Below, piece after piece: positions 36,539-46,300 of a DNA stretch of 64,000 nucleotides. The notes below the pieces were generated by a model. The model was not told the DNA's origin, made no database searches, and saw only the letters and a program-made list of their open reading frames with translations. This DNA comes from an uncultured Trueperaceae bacterium (GTDB taxonomy: Bacteria > Deinococcota > Deinococci > Deinococcales > Trueperaceae). The first letter of the stretch is position 1; every line of letters begins with the position of its first letter. A program made the position numbers and the translations under genes. The stretch is from NCBI GenBank assembly GCA_963815215.1, contig CAWFFU010000003.1:192001-256000 (forward strand), given 5' to 3'.

Positions 36539-37938
36539 GGCGCCGCCGCGGCATCCACGGGTGGGAGCCGGATCTCGAAGCTGGTGCGTCCCGGTTCCGA
36601 CTCCACGGCCACGTCGCCCATGTGCCGCTCCACGATGCGGCGCACCACGTCGAGCCCCAGGCCGGTGCCCTCACCGACGTCCTTGGTGGTGTAGAAGGGC
36701 TCGAAGATCCGTGCTTTGATCTCGTCGGGGATGCCGGGCCCGTCGTCGAGGATCGCGATCACGGCACGTCCAGCCGCCCGCGAGGTGCGGACGGTGATCT
36801 CGCCGCCCTCGTCGATGGCGTCGATGGCGTTGTCCAGGAGGTTCGTCCATACCTGGTTGAGCTCCGCCGGATTGCCGGCCACGCGCGGCGTGTCGGCAGC
36901 GAAGTCGGTTCGGAGCACGGCGTTCTTGCTGCGGAGTCTGTGGCTCAGCATGGTGAGGGTCGACCGGATCCCCTCGTGCAGGTCGATCTCCTGACTGCGT
37001 GGAGCTCGGTCCATGTTGGAGTAGGCCTTGACCGCGGCGATGAGCTCGACGATCCGGCCCGTGGCGTCGGCGATGTCGGCCACCAGGCGCCGGAGCGCTA
37101 GGTCCGCCGTCAGCCACTCCAGGCTTGCGCCGACGGTGTCGTCGGGTACGCCGTCGGTCAGTTGCTCCAGGTCGGCCGTCGAGAGTCCGGCGCCGACCAG
37201 TGTCTCGGCCACCGCCCATGGGTCCGGCAGGCCGCGGGTTTCGAGCCAGCGCGTCAGCGCTTCTTCGGCGTCGCTTCGCTCGAGCGCGTCGAGGATGGGA
37301 GCCGGCCCACCGGTCGACGGGGCCCCGGCGATGACCCGAACACGTTCCGTGAGCGCCTCGGCAGCGCCCGGCGCGAGTCCGCGGAGTGCCATGGCGCTGA
37401 GCTCGTCGATGCGCCGCGCCAGCGTCCCGGTTCGCTGCTGGATGGCCGCGGCGGGGTTGTTCAGCTCGTGCGCCAGGCCAGCCGACAGCCTGCCGAGGCT
37501 CATCAGCTTCTCGCGTTGTTCGCCGTGGCGGGTGAACTCCCGCGAACGGTCGATCACGATCGATGCCAATCGCACGTGCAGCACAGGCATGCGTTCCAGC
37601 ATGGCGGGGAAGATCGCCTTCGGGAAGTTCGCGGTGCGCGTGCGGACCACCGCCCGCAACGTCACTGGCGTGTGCGTCATCCGTGAATGCGGCATCAGAC
37701 CGGTGATGTCACCGCCCCGTCCGACGATCACCAGCCCGTCGGACGGTTCCTTCTCTTTCCGCCAGGTGATCTCGCCTTCGATGAGGGCGATCATCTCCAC
37801 GGTGGCGTCGCCTTCCACCATCAGTGCATCACCGGGCTCGAAGGTCCGGATCTCGGCTCGCTCTGCGAGCCACTGCAGGTCGTCGTCCGCCAGGTCGGCG
37901 AAGGCGGTGACCTTCCGGAGCTCCTGCGGGTCGATCAC
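36535..37938 (-). CDS. Soluble histidine kinase with an N-terminal cNMP-binding-like domain (paralog 1)
   Basis: Same architecture; GLAHELNNP, ELNQVWTNLLDNA, DDGPG, GTGLGL. Confidence 0.93.
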   Translation of the reverse strand: MIDPQELRKVTAFADLADDDLQWLAERAEIRTFEPGDALMVEGDATVEMIALIEGEITWRKEKEPSDGLVIVGRGGDITGLMPHSRMTHTPVTLRAVVRTRTANFPKAIFPAMLERMPVLHVRLASIVIDRSREFTRHGEQREKLMSLGRLSAGLAHELNNPAAAIQQRTGTLARRIDELSAMALRGLAPGAAEALTERVRVIAGAPSTGGPAPILDALERSDAEEALTRWLETRGLPDPWAVAETLVGAGLSTADLEQLTDGVPDDTVGASLEWLTADLALRRLVADIADATGRIVELIAAVKAYSNMDRAPRSQEIDLHEGIRSTLTMLSHRLRSKNAVLRTDFAADTPRVAGNPAELNQVWTNLLDNAIDAIDEGGEITVRTSRAAGRAVIAILDDGPGIPDEIKARIFEPFYTTKDVGEGTGLGLDVVRRIVERHMGDVAVESEPGRTSFEIRLPPVDAAAAP

Positions 37939-39596
37939 AGCTCGGCCAGGTAGCGGTGGATCGACGACACCGAGACGGAGCCCTCACCCACGCCGGAGGC
38001 CACCCGCTTGACCGATCCGCTGCGTACGTCGCCGGCGGCGAAGATCCCGGGCACGCTGGTCTCGAACGGGTAGGGGTCGCGCTCCAAGGGCCAGTTCCGC
38101 AACCGTCCGTCGTCATCGACCAGGTCCGCACCGGTAAGCACGAAGCCCTTGGGGTCGCGCCGCACCAGACCGTCGAGCCACTCGGTGTGGGGCAGGGCGC
38201 CGATGAACACGAAGAGCCCGGCGGCCTCGACGACCTCGGTGGTATCGGTGGAGCCGTCTCGGATCACGAGCTGCTCGAGGTTCTTCTCGCCCCGCGCTTC
38301 CACCACCCGGGTGTTGTTGCGCACCGTGATGTTGGGCGTGGCATCGATCTGGTCGATCAGGTACTGCGACATCGACGACGCGAGGCTCTCTCCTCGGATC
38401 AGGATGGTGACGCTACGCGCGAAACGGGAGAAGTACATGGCTGCCTGACCGGCCGAGTTGCCTCCGCCTACCACGTACGCATCGTGTCCCTCCACGGTGG
38501 GGGCCTCGGTGGCAGCTGCTCCGTAGTAGACGCCGGTGCCGGTGAGCTCGTGCAGCCCCGGCGCCTCCAGGCGGCGGTACGACACCCCGCTGGCGATCAG
38601 AAGCACGTGGCTGAGGATCTCGCTGCCGTCGGCGAAGACGGTCCGACGGCCCGGGCCGTCGACGTGGACCGCCACCGCCTCCTGTGGAACAAGGATGTCG
38701 ACGCCGAAGCGGCGCGCCTGCGTCATGGCACGCCGCGACAGTTCACTTCCCGCGATACCCGCGGGGAAGCCCAGGTAGTTCTCGATGCGGGAGCTCTCCC
38801 CAGCCTGGCCCCCGGGGGCGTCTCGCTCTACCAGCAGCGTGTGGAGACCCTCGCTGGCGCCGTAGACGGCGGCCGCCAGGCCGGCGGGGCCGGCGCCGAT
38901 GATGACGAGGTCGTACCACTCGGCGTCGGCATGCGTCTTGAGCCCGAGGTGCTCGGCGAGGTGCGGAGCATCGGCGTTCGGCACCACCACACCGTCCGGG
39001 AACACCACGGCAGGGAGCTGGGCGTCGGACAAGCCGGCGTCGGCGAGCACGTTCTTGGCTTCCGGGACGCTCTCCACGTCCAGGAAGCGATAGGGCACCT
39101 GGTTGCGGGCCAGGAAGTTCTTCAAGTTGTGGGCGTCGCGCGTCCAGCGGTAGGCGAGCACCCGCAGGCCGTCGAAGGCCGGCCGGTAGTGGGCCTGCCA
39201 GTCGTCGAGGAAGTCGTCCAGGACCGGGAAGAGCTTCTCCTCCGGAGGGTGCCAGGGCTTGAGCAGATAGTAGTGGACATCGGCCTGGTTGATCGCTTCG
39301 ATGGCGGCGCTGGTGTCGGCGTAAGCGGTCAGAAGGATGCGCTTGGCGCGCGGGAAGATCTCGCTGGCCTGCGCCAGGAACTCCGTGCCGGTCATGTGGG
39401 GCATGCGCTGGTCGGACAGGAACAGCGCGACCTCGTCGTTGCGTAGCCGGAGCTTATGCGCCAGCTCAAGCCCGGCCGCGCCCGAGTCGGCCGCGAGCAC
39501 GCGGTACTGCTCGCCGTAGCGATGCTTCAGGTCGCTGGCGACGGCCCTGAGCACCTGCGAGTCGTCGTCGACTGCCACCAGGGTGGGTCTGGCCAT
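37935..39596 (-). CDS. Response-regulator receiver / glutaredoxin-like / thioredoxin-reductase-like FAD oxidoreductase fusion
   Basis: VAVDDD, SDQRMP, LTAY, KPW (receiver); GAGPAG, IENYLGFP, GGGNSAG, FAAGDV (TrxB fold); GAGGAGG SD. Confidence 0.92.
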   Translation of the reverse strand: MARPTLVAVDDDSQVLRAVASDLKHRYGEQYRVLAADSGAAGLELAHKLRLRNDEVALFLSDQRMPHMTGTEFLAQASEIFPRAKRILLTAYADTSAAIEAINQADVHYYLLKPWHPPEEKLFPVLDDFLDDWQAHYRPAFDGLRVLAYRWTRDAHNLKNFLARNQVPYRFLDVESVPEAKNVLADAGLSDAQLPAVVFPDGVVVPNADAPHLAEHLGLKTHADAEWYDLVIIGAGPAGLAAAVYGASEGLHTLLVERDAPGGQAGESSRIENYLGFPAGIAGSELSRRAMTQARRFGVDILVPQEAVAVHVDGPGRRTVFADGSEILSHVLLIASGVSYRRLEAPGLHELTGTGVYYGAAATEAPTVEGHDAYVVGGGNSAGQAAMYFSRFARSVTILIRGESLASSMSQYLIDQIDATPNITVRNNTRVVEARGEKNLEQLVIRDGSTDTTEVVEAAGLFVFIGALPHTEWLDGLVRRDPKGFVLTGADLVDDDGRLRNWPLERDPYPFETSVPGIFAAGDVRSGSVKRVASGVGEGSVSVSSIHRYLAEL

Positions 39597-39729
39597 GCTG
39601 GCTTGTCCTCCTCGATGCGCTCGGTTGAGGGTCATCCTAGCAGGCGGGACCGACGCGGGCGCTGCCGGTCGGGGCCCGTGCCCCGCCATCGGAGGTGGCG
39701 ACCGGTCCGGGGGAGAGCCTGCGATTCGC

Positions 39730-39765
39730 CGTCGATAACGCTCCAGTCGTCGATAACGCTCCAGT
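39730..39765. repeat. Perfect 18-bp tandem direct repeat
   Basis: CGTCGATAACGCTCCAGT x2. Confidence 0.95.
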
Positions 39766-39790
39766 AACGGTCGGGTCGGTAGGCTCCGGC

Positions 39791-40978
39791 ATGGTTCATG
39801 CGACAAGCCTTCTCCGAGATGCGAGGCGGCGCGGCCGTATTAGCGTCGCCTCCTGGCTCACCGCGATCGCGGTGGCCACCGCTGGTCTGGCTGGGGCGGC
39901 GACGGCGCATGCCCAGTTGCTGGGTGACGCGGCGCCGTACTATCTGTGGGCCGATGCCTGGGCAGGGACGATCCGGGGCAAGGAGGAGATCAAGCGGGTC
40001 ATGACCCTCCACGGTGTGCATGTGACGTTGGACAACACCACCTCGGCGAGCGCAACGGTGGACTTCGATCAGGCCAAGGGTCCCGGAGCGGTGACGAACT
40101 GGCATGGCCAGAACGGTATCGCCCGCGTCGTGTTCGATGGCGTGGCCACCGTTCACGCCGCGGGCGGGGTGAACCTGTCAAGCACGAGCAAGGGGCAGGG
40201 CGACGTACGACTCGACCCCACTTACAGCCGCAACGGCGTCATGATCGATGCCGGACACTGGACCTACGCGCTAGCCTTCCAGACGTGCAGTTCAGTTTAC
40301 TGCGATCAGATCCCGGTCAAGTCGAGTGTCGGCGGCCCCGGATTCGGAGCCATGGGCGCCACGTCCCCCGACGAGGAGGGTGTGCAGGATGTTGCGTTGA
40401 AGGCGCTGCCCGACCATGGCCAGGGGTTGCACGGTCACGACGCCAACGTGACCCCCGTAGGCGGCGGCACCCTGGCAACGACGCTCAACTACCAACTGAC
40501 ACCGCGGTTCGACGTCGACGCTTGGGCCGCCGCCTACCGCGCGGCGTACATCGAGGCGAGGCGGAGCCGGCTCGACACCTTCAAGAGCTATCTCGACAGC
40601 CACTGCCACGGCTTCTTGGCGACCGCATGGGACACCGTGTGCCGAGCAGGCAACCGCGAAGCGGAGGCCCTGTCCGAGGACGCGGACGTGGCGACGACCG
40701 ACTTCAAGCGCGTCGTCAGGTTGCTGATCGGCGAGAAGTGTCCGGGATTCACGCGAGACCTCAACAACGAACTCGGACGTACGACGGACGTCGTCATCGA
40801 CGGACCGATCGCGACGTACGATGCCGTGCGGAAGATCCTGATGCGTGCCGTCGTCTCGGACCGCAACGTGAGCTACACACGCCTGCCAAACTTCATGCAG
40901 ACGTGCCTCTACGACTACGACACGTTCGAGACGGTGGTGACCCTCAAGTTGCCGGGCACCTTGAACTACGGCTTCTGA
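39791..40978 (+). CDS. Secreted hypothetical protein
   Basis: Basic N-terminus, hydrophobic stretch, AHA-Q cleavage site; several Cys; less GC-extreme than neighbours. Confidence 0.7.
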   Translation: MVHATSLLRDARRRGRISVASWLTAIAVATAGLAGAATAHAQLLGDAAPYYLWADAWAGTIRGKEEIKRVMTLHGVHVTLDNTTSASATVDFDQAKGPGAVTNWHGQNGIARVVFDGVATVHAAGGVNLSSTSKGQGDVRLDPTYSRNGVMIDAGHWTYALAFQTCSSVYCDQIPVKSSVGGPGFGAMGATSPDEEGVQDVALKALPDHGQGLHGHDANVTPVGGGTLATTLNYQLTPRFDVDAWAAAYRAAYIEARRSRLDTFKSYLDSHCHGFLATAWDTVCRAGNREAEALSEDADVATTDFKRVVRLLIGEKCPGFTRDLNNELGRTTDVVIDGPIATYDAVRKILMRAVVSDRNVSYTRLPNFMQTCLYDYDTFETVVTLKLPGTLNYGF

Positions 40979-41242
40979 GTGCCGCCCGCTGTTCGTAGGT
41001 GTTGCAGCGAGATGCCTGCCCGGGAAGCCGCGACGGACGACGTTGCCCCGCCATCGCACGCGAGCGTCACCAAGGACGGGTCCGCACCGGACCGTTCTCG
41101 AGACGGGGGACCCCCGGTCGCAGGCCAGTTGCGATGTGCCGGCCTGGAGCCGCAGTCCTATACGTGGGCCCCCGAGAGGCCCCCCTTAGGCAGCGATCCG
41201 CACCCCACTGGAAGAGTGCGGCATCTGTACGCAGGACAGCAA

Positions 41243-41318
41243 TGGTGCACCAGGAAGGACTCGAACCCTCGACCTACCGCTTAGAAGGCGGCTGCTCTAT
41301 CCGCTGAGCTACTGGTGC
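41243..41318 (-). tRNA. tRNA-Arg (TCT)
   Basis: GCCGC-CT-TCT-AA-GCGGT, GGTTCGAGTCC, CCA. Confidence 0.97.
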
Positions 41319-41370
41319 ATGCGCGCCGGGGCGGGCACCGGGCCCCCGAAGGGGCCCGGGACCGGCCGGG

Positions 41371-41446
41371 TGGAGCGGGAGACGGGATTCGAACCCGCGA
41401 CATACAGCTTGGAAGGCTGTCGCTCTACCAGCTGAGCTACTCCCGC
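41371..41446 (-). tRNA. tRNA-Gly (TCC)
   Basis: ACAGC-CT-TCC-AA-GCTGT, GGTTCGAATCC, TCCA end. Confidence 0.97.
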
Positions 41447-41487
41447 GTGAGACCGCGCCTGGGCCTGCCTGCCGACGCCGGGACGGG

Positions 41488-41564
<77 letters not shown>

Positions 41565-41625
41565 TGCCGTGCCGCGACCCCCGGCCGCCCCTCGCCGCGC
41601 GGGCGCTGCGGCCCGACGGCACCAA

Positions 41626-41655
41626 AGTATACACACCACGTTGACGACGCGACAA
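41626..41655 (-). promoter_or_regulatory. Promoter of the tRNA Pro-Gly-Arg operon
   Basis: TTGTCG-18-TATACT with an extended TG. Confidence 0.65.
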
Positions 41656-41726
41656 GCGCCCCGGAACGCACCCGGACCCCTGCAGGACGGCGTTCTGCTG
41701 CGATCCGGGTCCGAAGCCCGGCAGCG

Positions 41727-42194
41727 TCAGGTCAGCTCGGCGAGCGCCAGCCGCGTCCAGGCCCGCACCTCATCGGTGAGGTCCAACGCATCGAGCGCGG
41801 GGCCGTCGTACCAGCCGAGCCCCTCTTCGTCGGCGGACACATGGCCGTCGTAGGGCTCGATCGGCCGCCCGAAGTAGATCAGGTCGATGTGCTCGTGATC
41901 CTCCCGGATCGTCTCGAGCTGCACTCCACGCGGCCGCATCAGCTGGCGCGGCGCCGGCAGCGCCAGCGCCCGCTCGCCCACCAGCTCGATCGCCACACCC
42001 GACTCCTCCAGTACCTCACGCACGGCTGCGTCGTCGGGCAGCTCGTGAGGCTCGACGTGACCGCCGCAGGGGAGCCACATGCCGAGCTTGCGGTGGCGGT
42101 GCATCAGCAGTCTTCCGCGCCACGCCACGAACACCGTGGCAGCGAGATCGCGCGTGACGGCTGTCGCGGGCGGGCCGGGCGGGCGCGCGCTCAC
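41727..42194 (-). CDS. NUDIX hydrolase
   Basis: [38 protein letters not shown]. Confidence 0.88.
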   Translation of the reverse strand: MSARPPGPPATAVTRDLAATVFVAWRGRLLMHRHRKLGMWLPCGGHVEPHELPDDAAVREVLEESGVAIELVGERALALPAPRQLMRPRGVQLETIREDHEHIDLIYFGRPIEPYDGHVSADEEGLGWYDGPALDALDLTDEVRAWTRLALAELT

Positions 42195-43525
42195 GACGCC
42201 ATGACCAGCGGCACCGCGCTCACGTCCGCGCCGACGACGTCGCCGTAGAGCGTGTGGGGCGTGGCGTGGGTGACCCTCACGCGGTGCAATCCCATGCGCG
42301 TGACCTGCTCGCGCGGCACCAGCACGGTGTGGTTCTGGTCGGAGTGCCCGACCCCGTAGGCCCCGTCGCGCCCCAGGTCCTTGACGAGCACGCGCACTTC
42401 GCGGCCCTCGAACGCGCGGTTGGAGCCCAGTGACCAGTGCTTCTGGCGTTCGATCAGGCGTTGCAGCCGACCTACCTTGACGTCCTTCGGCAGGTCGTCG
42501 AAGCGCTCGGCTGAAGGGGTGCCGGGCCGTGCGCTGTACACGAACATGTAGGCGTGATCGAAGCGCACTTCGTCGTAGAGCGACAGGGTCGCCTCGAAGT
42601 CGTCGTCGGTCTCGCCCGGGAAGCCGGCGATCAGGTCGGTGCTGAGCACCACGCCCTCGACCTTCGCGCGGATCTCACGGACGATCTCCAGGTAGCGCTC
42701 GCGCCGGTACTCGCGCGCCATACGGCGCAGCACCCGGTCGCTGCCGCTCTGCGCGGGCAGGTGGATGTAGTTGCAGACGTTGGGCTCCTCGGCGATCGCG
42801 TCGATGACGTCCGAGGTGAAGTTCATGGGGTGGCTGGTCGTGAACTTCACGCGCGGGATGCCCACCGACGCCACCTGCCGCAGAAGCTCCGCGAAGGAGG
42901 GGAGCGTCGGGTTACCCAGGCCGTAGGAGTTGACGTTCTGGCCGAGCAGCACCACCTCCTGCACGCCGGCGTCGCGCATGGCCTCGGCCTCGCGCAGGAT
43001 CAGCTCGGCCGGTCTGGAGACCTCCGGGCCGCGCGTGGTCGGGACGATGCAGTAGGTGCAGTGATGGTTGCAGCCCCGCATGATGGTCAGGAAGCCGGTC
43101 AGCGCATCCGGCGCGGGGGGCAGGACGCGGTCGAGGTCGTCGCGGAAGCGCAGGCTGCGGAAGCCCCGCTCGCCGCGTTCGAGCGCCTCGATGGCGGGCA
43201 GGATGTCCGAGATGGCGCCGGGACCGACGAGCAGGTCGACCTCGAACTTGTCGGCGATGGCCTGCCCCTCGTCGAGCTGGGCCAGGCAGCCCATCAGGCC
43301 GACCGCCAGCGCGCGGCCGCGTTGCTTCTCCTTGCGCAGCTCACCGAGGAGCGATACCACCTTCTCGACCGGCTTGCCCCGCACGGCGCAGGTGTTGAGC
43401 AGCACCAGATCCGCGTCGGCGGGATGCTCCACCAGCTGATGGCCGCCCGCGACCAACTCCGACTGGATGACATGGGTGTCGTACTCGTTCATCTGACACC
43501 CGTAAGTGATGATGTGCGCGCGAAT
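42191..43525 (-). CDS. miaB: tRNA methylthiotransferase MiaB (probable ATT start)
   Basis: TYGCQMN, NTCAVR, GCLAQ, radical-[34 protein letters not shown] domain. Confidence 0.95.
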   Translation of the reverse strand: MRAHIITYGCQMNEYDTHVIQSELVAGGHQLVEHPADADLVLLNTCAVRGKPVEKVVSLLGELRKEKQRGRALAVGLMGCLAQLDEGQAIADKFEVDLLVGPGAISDILPAIEALERGERGFRSLRFRDDLDRVLPPAPDALTGFLTIMRGCNHHCTYCIVPTTRGPEVSRPAELILREAEAMRDAGVQEVVLLGQNVNSYGLGNPTLPSFAELLRQVASVGIPRVKFTTSHPMNFTSDVIDAIAEEPNVCNYIHLPAQSGSDRVLRRMAREYRRERYLEIVREIRAKVEGVVLSTDLIAGFPGETDDDFEATLSLYDEVRFDHAYMFVYSARPGTPSAERFDDLPKDVKVGRLQRLIERQKHWSLGSNRAFEGREVRVLVKDLGRDGAYGVGHSDQNHTVLVPREQVTRMGLHRVRVTHATPHTLYGDVVGADVSAVPLVMAS

Positions 43526-43627
43526 GACTCCGTCCCTTCCGGCGCGAGCTCAGCGCGTCGCGCCGTCCTTCCGCGGCGGCCATTCTAGCAGGGGTCCGCT
43601 CGCCCGGTCGGCGGCGGGCCGACGCAA

Positions 43628-43813
43628 TCAGTGCAGCAGCAGGGCGCCCGCCAGCACCAGGAACACGCTCACCACCGAGAGCAAGAAGCCCAGCAGGTAG
43701 AGCCGTGGGAAGCGCCGGGACAGCGCCGGGATCGGGGACGCTACGACCAGCACGATCCCCACCAGGAAGAGGTAGGCGGCGGCGCGGATGAGGAACGAGA
43801 GCGATCCGGGCAC
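43628..43813 (-). CDS. Small two-TM membrane protein
   Basis: Two hydrophobic helices; TATCCT 7 nt before the GTG. Confidence 0.6.
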   Translation of the reverse strand: MPGSLSFLIRAAAYLFLVGIVLVVASPIPALSRRFPRLYLLGFLLSVVSVFLVLAGALLLH

Positions 43814-43830
43814 GTCCGTGAGGATACCGG

Positions 43831-45012
43831 CTAGGGAGCCTTGCCGGCCAGCAGGGTGGGCACCGCGGCGCCGGGGTCGAGGTGGAAGCGGTGGAGGATG
43901 CTGACCTCGTTGCCGCTTCGCTCCAGGCCGACCGACACGGTGGTGGGGCCCTGCGCGTCGGGTACGAACAGCTCGAAGCTGCCCGCTCCCACACGTGCGG
44001 TCGGCTGATAGTCGCCCTGCACGAACAGGGCCAGGTGGCCGGTCGTCGGGGCGGCGTAGCGCAGCCGGAGTTGGACCCCGCGCTCGACCGTGCGATGCGT
44101 CGTGGCTCCCAGCAGGGCAAGGGTGGTGCGGGGCTCGCCGGGGTCCGGGAGGTAGCGGCCGCTCATGGTATCGAGCGTACCGCCGTCGTCGACCACGTAA
44201 TGATCGCCCGCCAGCGGTACGCCGACGACCAGGCTGACGGTGCCACCGGCATCTGTGGTCAGGGTGACCGAGGACGTGCCGGCCGTGACATCGCGCGTTT
44301 GCGGCGCCTCGTTGCCGAGGTGGAACAGCGCCCGCGTCGCGACCCGGGCGTGGACCTCGACGCTCACCTCGACGACCGTGCGCGAGGTACGAACGACGCT
44401 CGAGTCGACCAACTGGATGGGCTCGGCGCCGAAGTCCTGCACCACGAAGAGCTCGCCTTGCGCGTTGCGGCTCGCGCCGAAGCCAACGCGATCGTAGTGG
44501 GCGTCGAGCAGGTTCCTGCGGTGGGGCGGGGAGTGGAGCCAGTCGTCGACCGCCTGGCTGGCGGCCGCCGCATCGCCGCCGGGCTGGGCCAGCATGACGA
44601 TGTTCTCTGCGACGTCGACCAGGGGACTTCCGGCCAGGGCGAGACGTTTCTGCAGGGAGTCATGCACCGGGAGCGGCGAGCCGTGCGAGAAGTAGTCGAG
44701 CTGCGCCATCTCGGCGGCGTGCTCACGTGCCGCACGAGCCAGGCCTTCGTCCTGGCGGACGGGCGCGAGCCCCTGGGCCCCTCGCGCGGCATTGGTGGCG
44801 TGCAGCAAGGCCGCTTCCAGGGCGGCATCGGCGGGCGGGATCGGTTCGCGCGCCGCCAGCGGCAGGGGTGCGGCGAGCGCGATGGTGAAGGCGACTGCGA
44901 GGGCGACGGCGAGCACGCCCGCCAGGGCGCGGGGCCGTCTCCAGCGAAGCGGGACGCGAAGCGTGGCAGGCAGCATGGCAGCTTGCGAGATAGGCGTCGG
45001 GGCGCGAAGCAT
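43831..45012 (-). CDS. CAP (SCP-like) domain secreted protein
   Basis: N.AR..GL, AAREHAAEMA..YFSH, AENI, WLHSPPHRRNLL, VQDF. Confidence 0.85.
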   Translation of the reverse strand: MLRAPTPISQAAMLPATLRVPLRWRRPRALAGVLAVALAVAFTIALAAPLPLAAREPIPPADAALEAALLHATNAARGAQGLAPVRQDEGLARAAREHAAEMAQLDYFSHGSPLPVHDSLQKRLALAGSPLVDVAENIVMLAQPGGDAAAASQAVDDWLHSPPHRRNLLDAHYDRVGFGASRNAQGELFVVQDFGAEPIQLVDSSVVRTSRTVVEVSVEVHARVATRALFHLGNEAPQTRDVTAGTSSVTLTTDAGGTVSLVVGVPLAGDHYVVDDGGTLDTMSGRYLPDPGEPRTTLALLGATTHRTVERGVQLRLRYAAPTTGHLALFVQGDYQPTARVGAGSFELFVPDAQGPTTVSVGLERSGNEVSILHRFHLDPGAAVPTLLAGKAP

Positions 45013-45107
45013 GGCGCAGTCTACGGCGGCCTACTGCGCCCCGGCAGGCGGGACGGTGAACGTTCGTCCACGGGCGCGAGCGCCGCGGCGCCGGCCTACA
45101 CTGGACT

Positions 45108-45461
45108 ATGGATGCCTTCCGGAGTGCGGTGCTGCGGGTGGTGAGGGCCGTGCCCGAGGGCCGGGTGGTGAGCTACGGCCGGGTGGCGCTGCTGGCCGGC
45201 CGGCCCGGCGCGGCGAGAGCGGTGGGGGCGGTCATGCGCGGATTGCGACAGGACGACGGCGACGTTCCGTGGCAGCGTGTGGTCAACGCGCGCGGCGGCA
45301 TCTCGACCTACAAGGTGGGCCACGGCGAGCTGCAGACGGCGCTGCTGCGCGCCGAAGGGGTCGAGCTCGACGGCGGACGGATCGACCTGACGCGCTTCGG
45401 CTGGTGGCCCGACGACGAGCTGGCGCTGCGCATGGTCGACGGCTCTTCTCAGCCGACGTAG
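45108..45461 (+). CDS. Alkyltransferase-like (ATL/MGMT-family) DNA-binding protein
   Basis: VPEGRVVSYG, ARAVG, VPWQRVVN (Trp in place of the catalytic Cys), LRAEGV. Confidence 0.88.
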   Translation: MDAFRSAVLRVVRAVPEGRVVSYGRVALLAGRPGAARAVGAVMRGLRQDDGDVPWQRVVNARGGISTYKVGHGELQTALLRAEGVELDGGRIDLTRFGWWPDDELALRMVDGSSQPT

Positions 45462-46240
45462 AGGTCGGTGCCCACGAAGTAGGTGATCACCCGGCGCTTG
45501 AAGGTGCGGCGGAGCCAGCCCACGCGAACGGTAGCGCTGACGAAGTAGCCGCCGTGCTGTCTCAGGTTGCGGGCGGTGAAGCCGAGCCCCGGTACCACGA
45601 ACCCCATGACGCCGAGCAGCGATGCGACGGCCTCGGCGACGAGGTCGGTGTGGCGTGAGGCCGGGAACGGCGCGACGAAGAGCGCCTTGAGCACGTGGGT
45701 GTGGCGCCCGCTCAACGGCTCGCCGAGCATCGCGAGCTGGCGGTCCAGGCGGCGCGTGCGCGTCTGGATGCTCCCGTCACTGGCGTGCTGGTAGAAGTTG
45801 TCGACCAGCGTGAAGCTCACGTGCGCGGCCGCGACGCGGTCGTAGGGGACCAGGGTGAGGGTGGCTTCGAAGGGCTCTCCGCTCTTGGCGGTCCCGGGCA
45901 CCTCCAGCTGCATCTCGTTGAACGAGTGCTGCCACAGCGCGTCGTGCAGCGACGACCAGGCCGCGCCCGCGGCCGAAGCCAGGCCCAGGCCCAGGAAGAC
46001 CGGCCCGAGGCCGAGGGCCGCACGCCACGCCGGCGCCAGCAGCAGCGTGGCGGCCAGCAGCGCCAGGCCGGCCCACATCGAGCCCAGGTAGAAGCCGGGC
46101 AGGGCGGTGAGCCGGGGCGGGTAGGGGAGGTCGAGCGGAGGATCGTCGAGGTAGCGTTTGGCGACCCCGCAGGCCTCGCACACCGCTCCGGCGGCGTTGT
46201 GGTGACCGCAGGCCGCGCACTCCCAGGCGAGCGACGTCAT
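45449..46240 (-). CDS. Hypothetical membrane protein with an N-terminal zinc ribbon
   Basis: WECAACGHHN...CEACG, two TM helices; TATCCT 6 nt before the ATG. Confidence 0.7.
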   Translation of the reverse strand: MTSLAWECAACGHHNAAGAVCEACGVAKRYLDDPPLDLPYPPRLTALPGFYLGSMWAGLALLAATLLLAPAWRAALGLGPVFLGLGLASAAGAAWSSLHDALWQHSFNEMQLEVPGTAKSGEPFEATLTLVPYDRVAAAHVSFTLVDNFYQHASDGSIQTRTRRLDRQLAMLGEPLSGRHTHVLKALFVAPFPASRHTDLVAEAVASLLGVMGFVVPGLGFTARNLRQHGGYFVSATVRVGWLRRTFKRRVITYFVGTDLYVG

Positions 46241-46300
46241 GTCCGGAGGATAGCCGACGCGGTGCGGAGCGGAGATGGGAAAGTTCGTATGATGGCAGGC

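Noticed and set aside
34996..41242. Active integrative element or prophage at the tRNA genes
   Set aside because: No integrase, transposase or duplicated tRNA 3' end found.
45108..45461. Active O6-methylguanine methyltransferase
   Set aside because: PCHR is replaced by PWQR, so it is a non-catalytic ATL protein (a known class).
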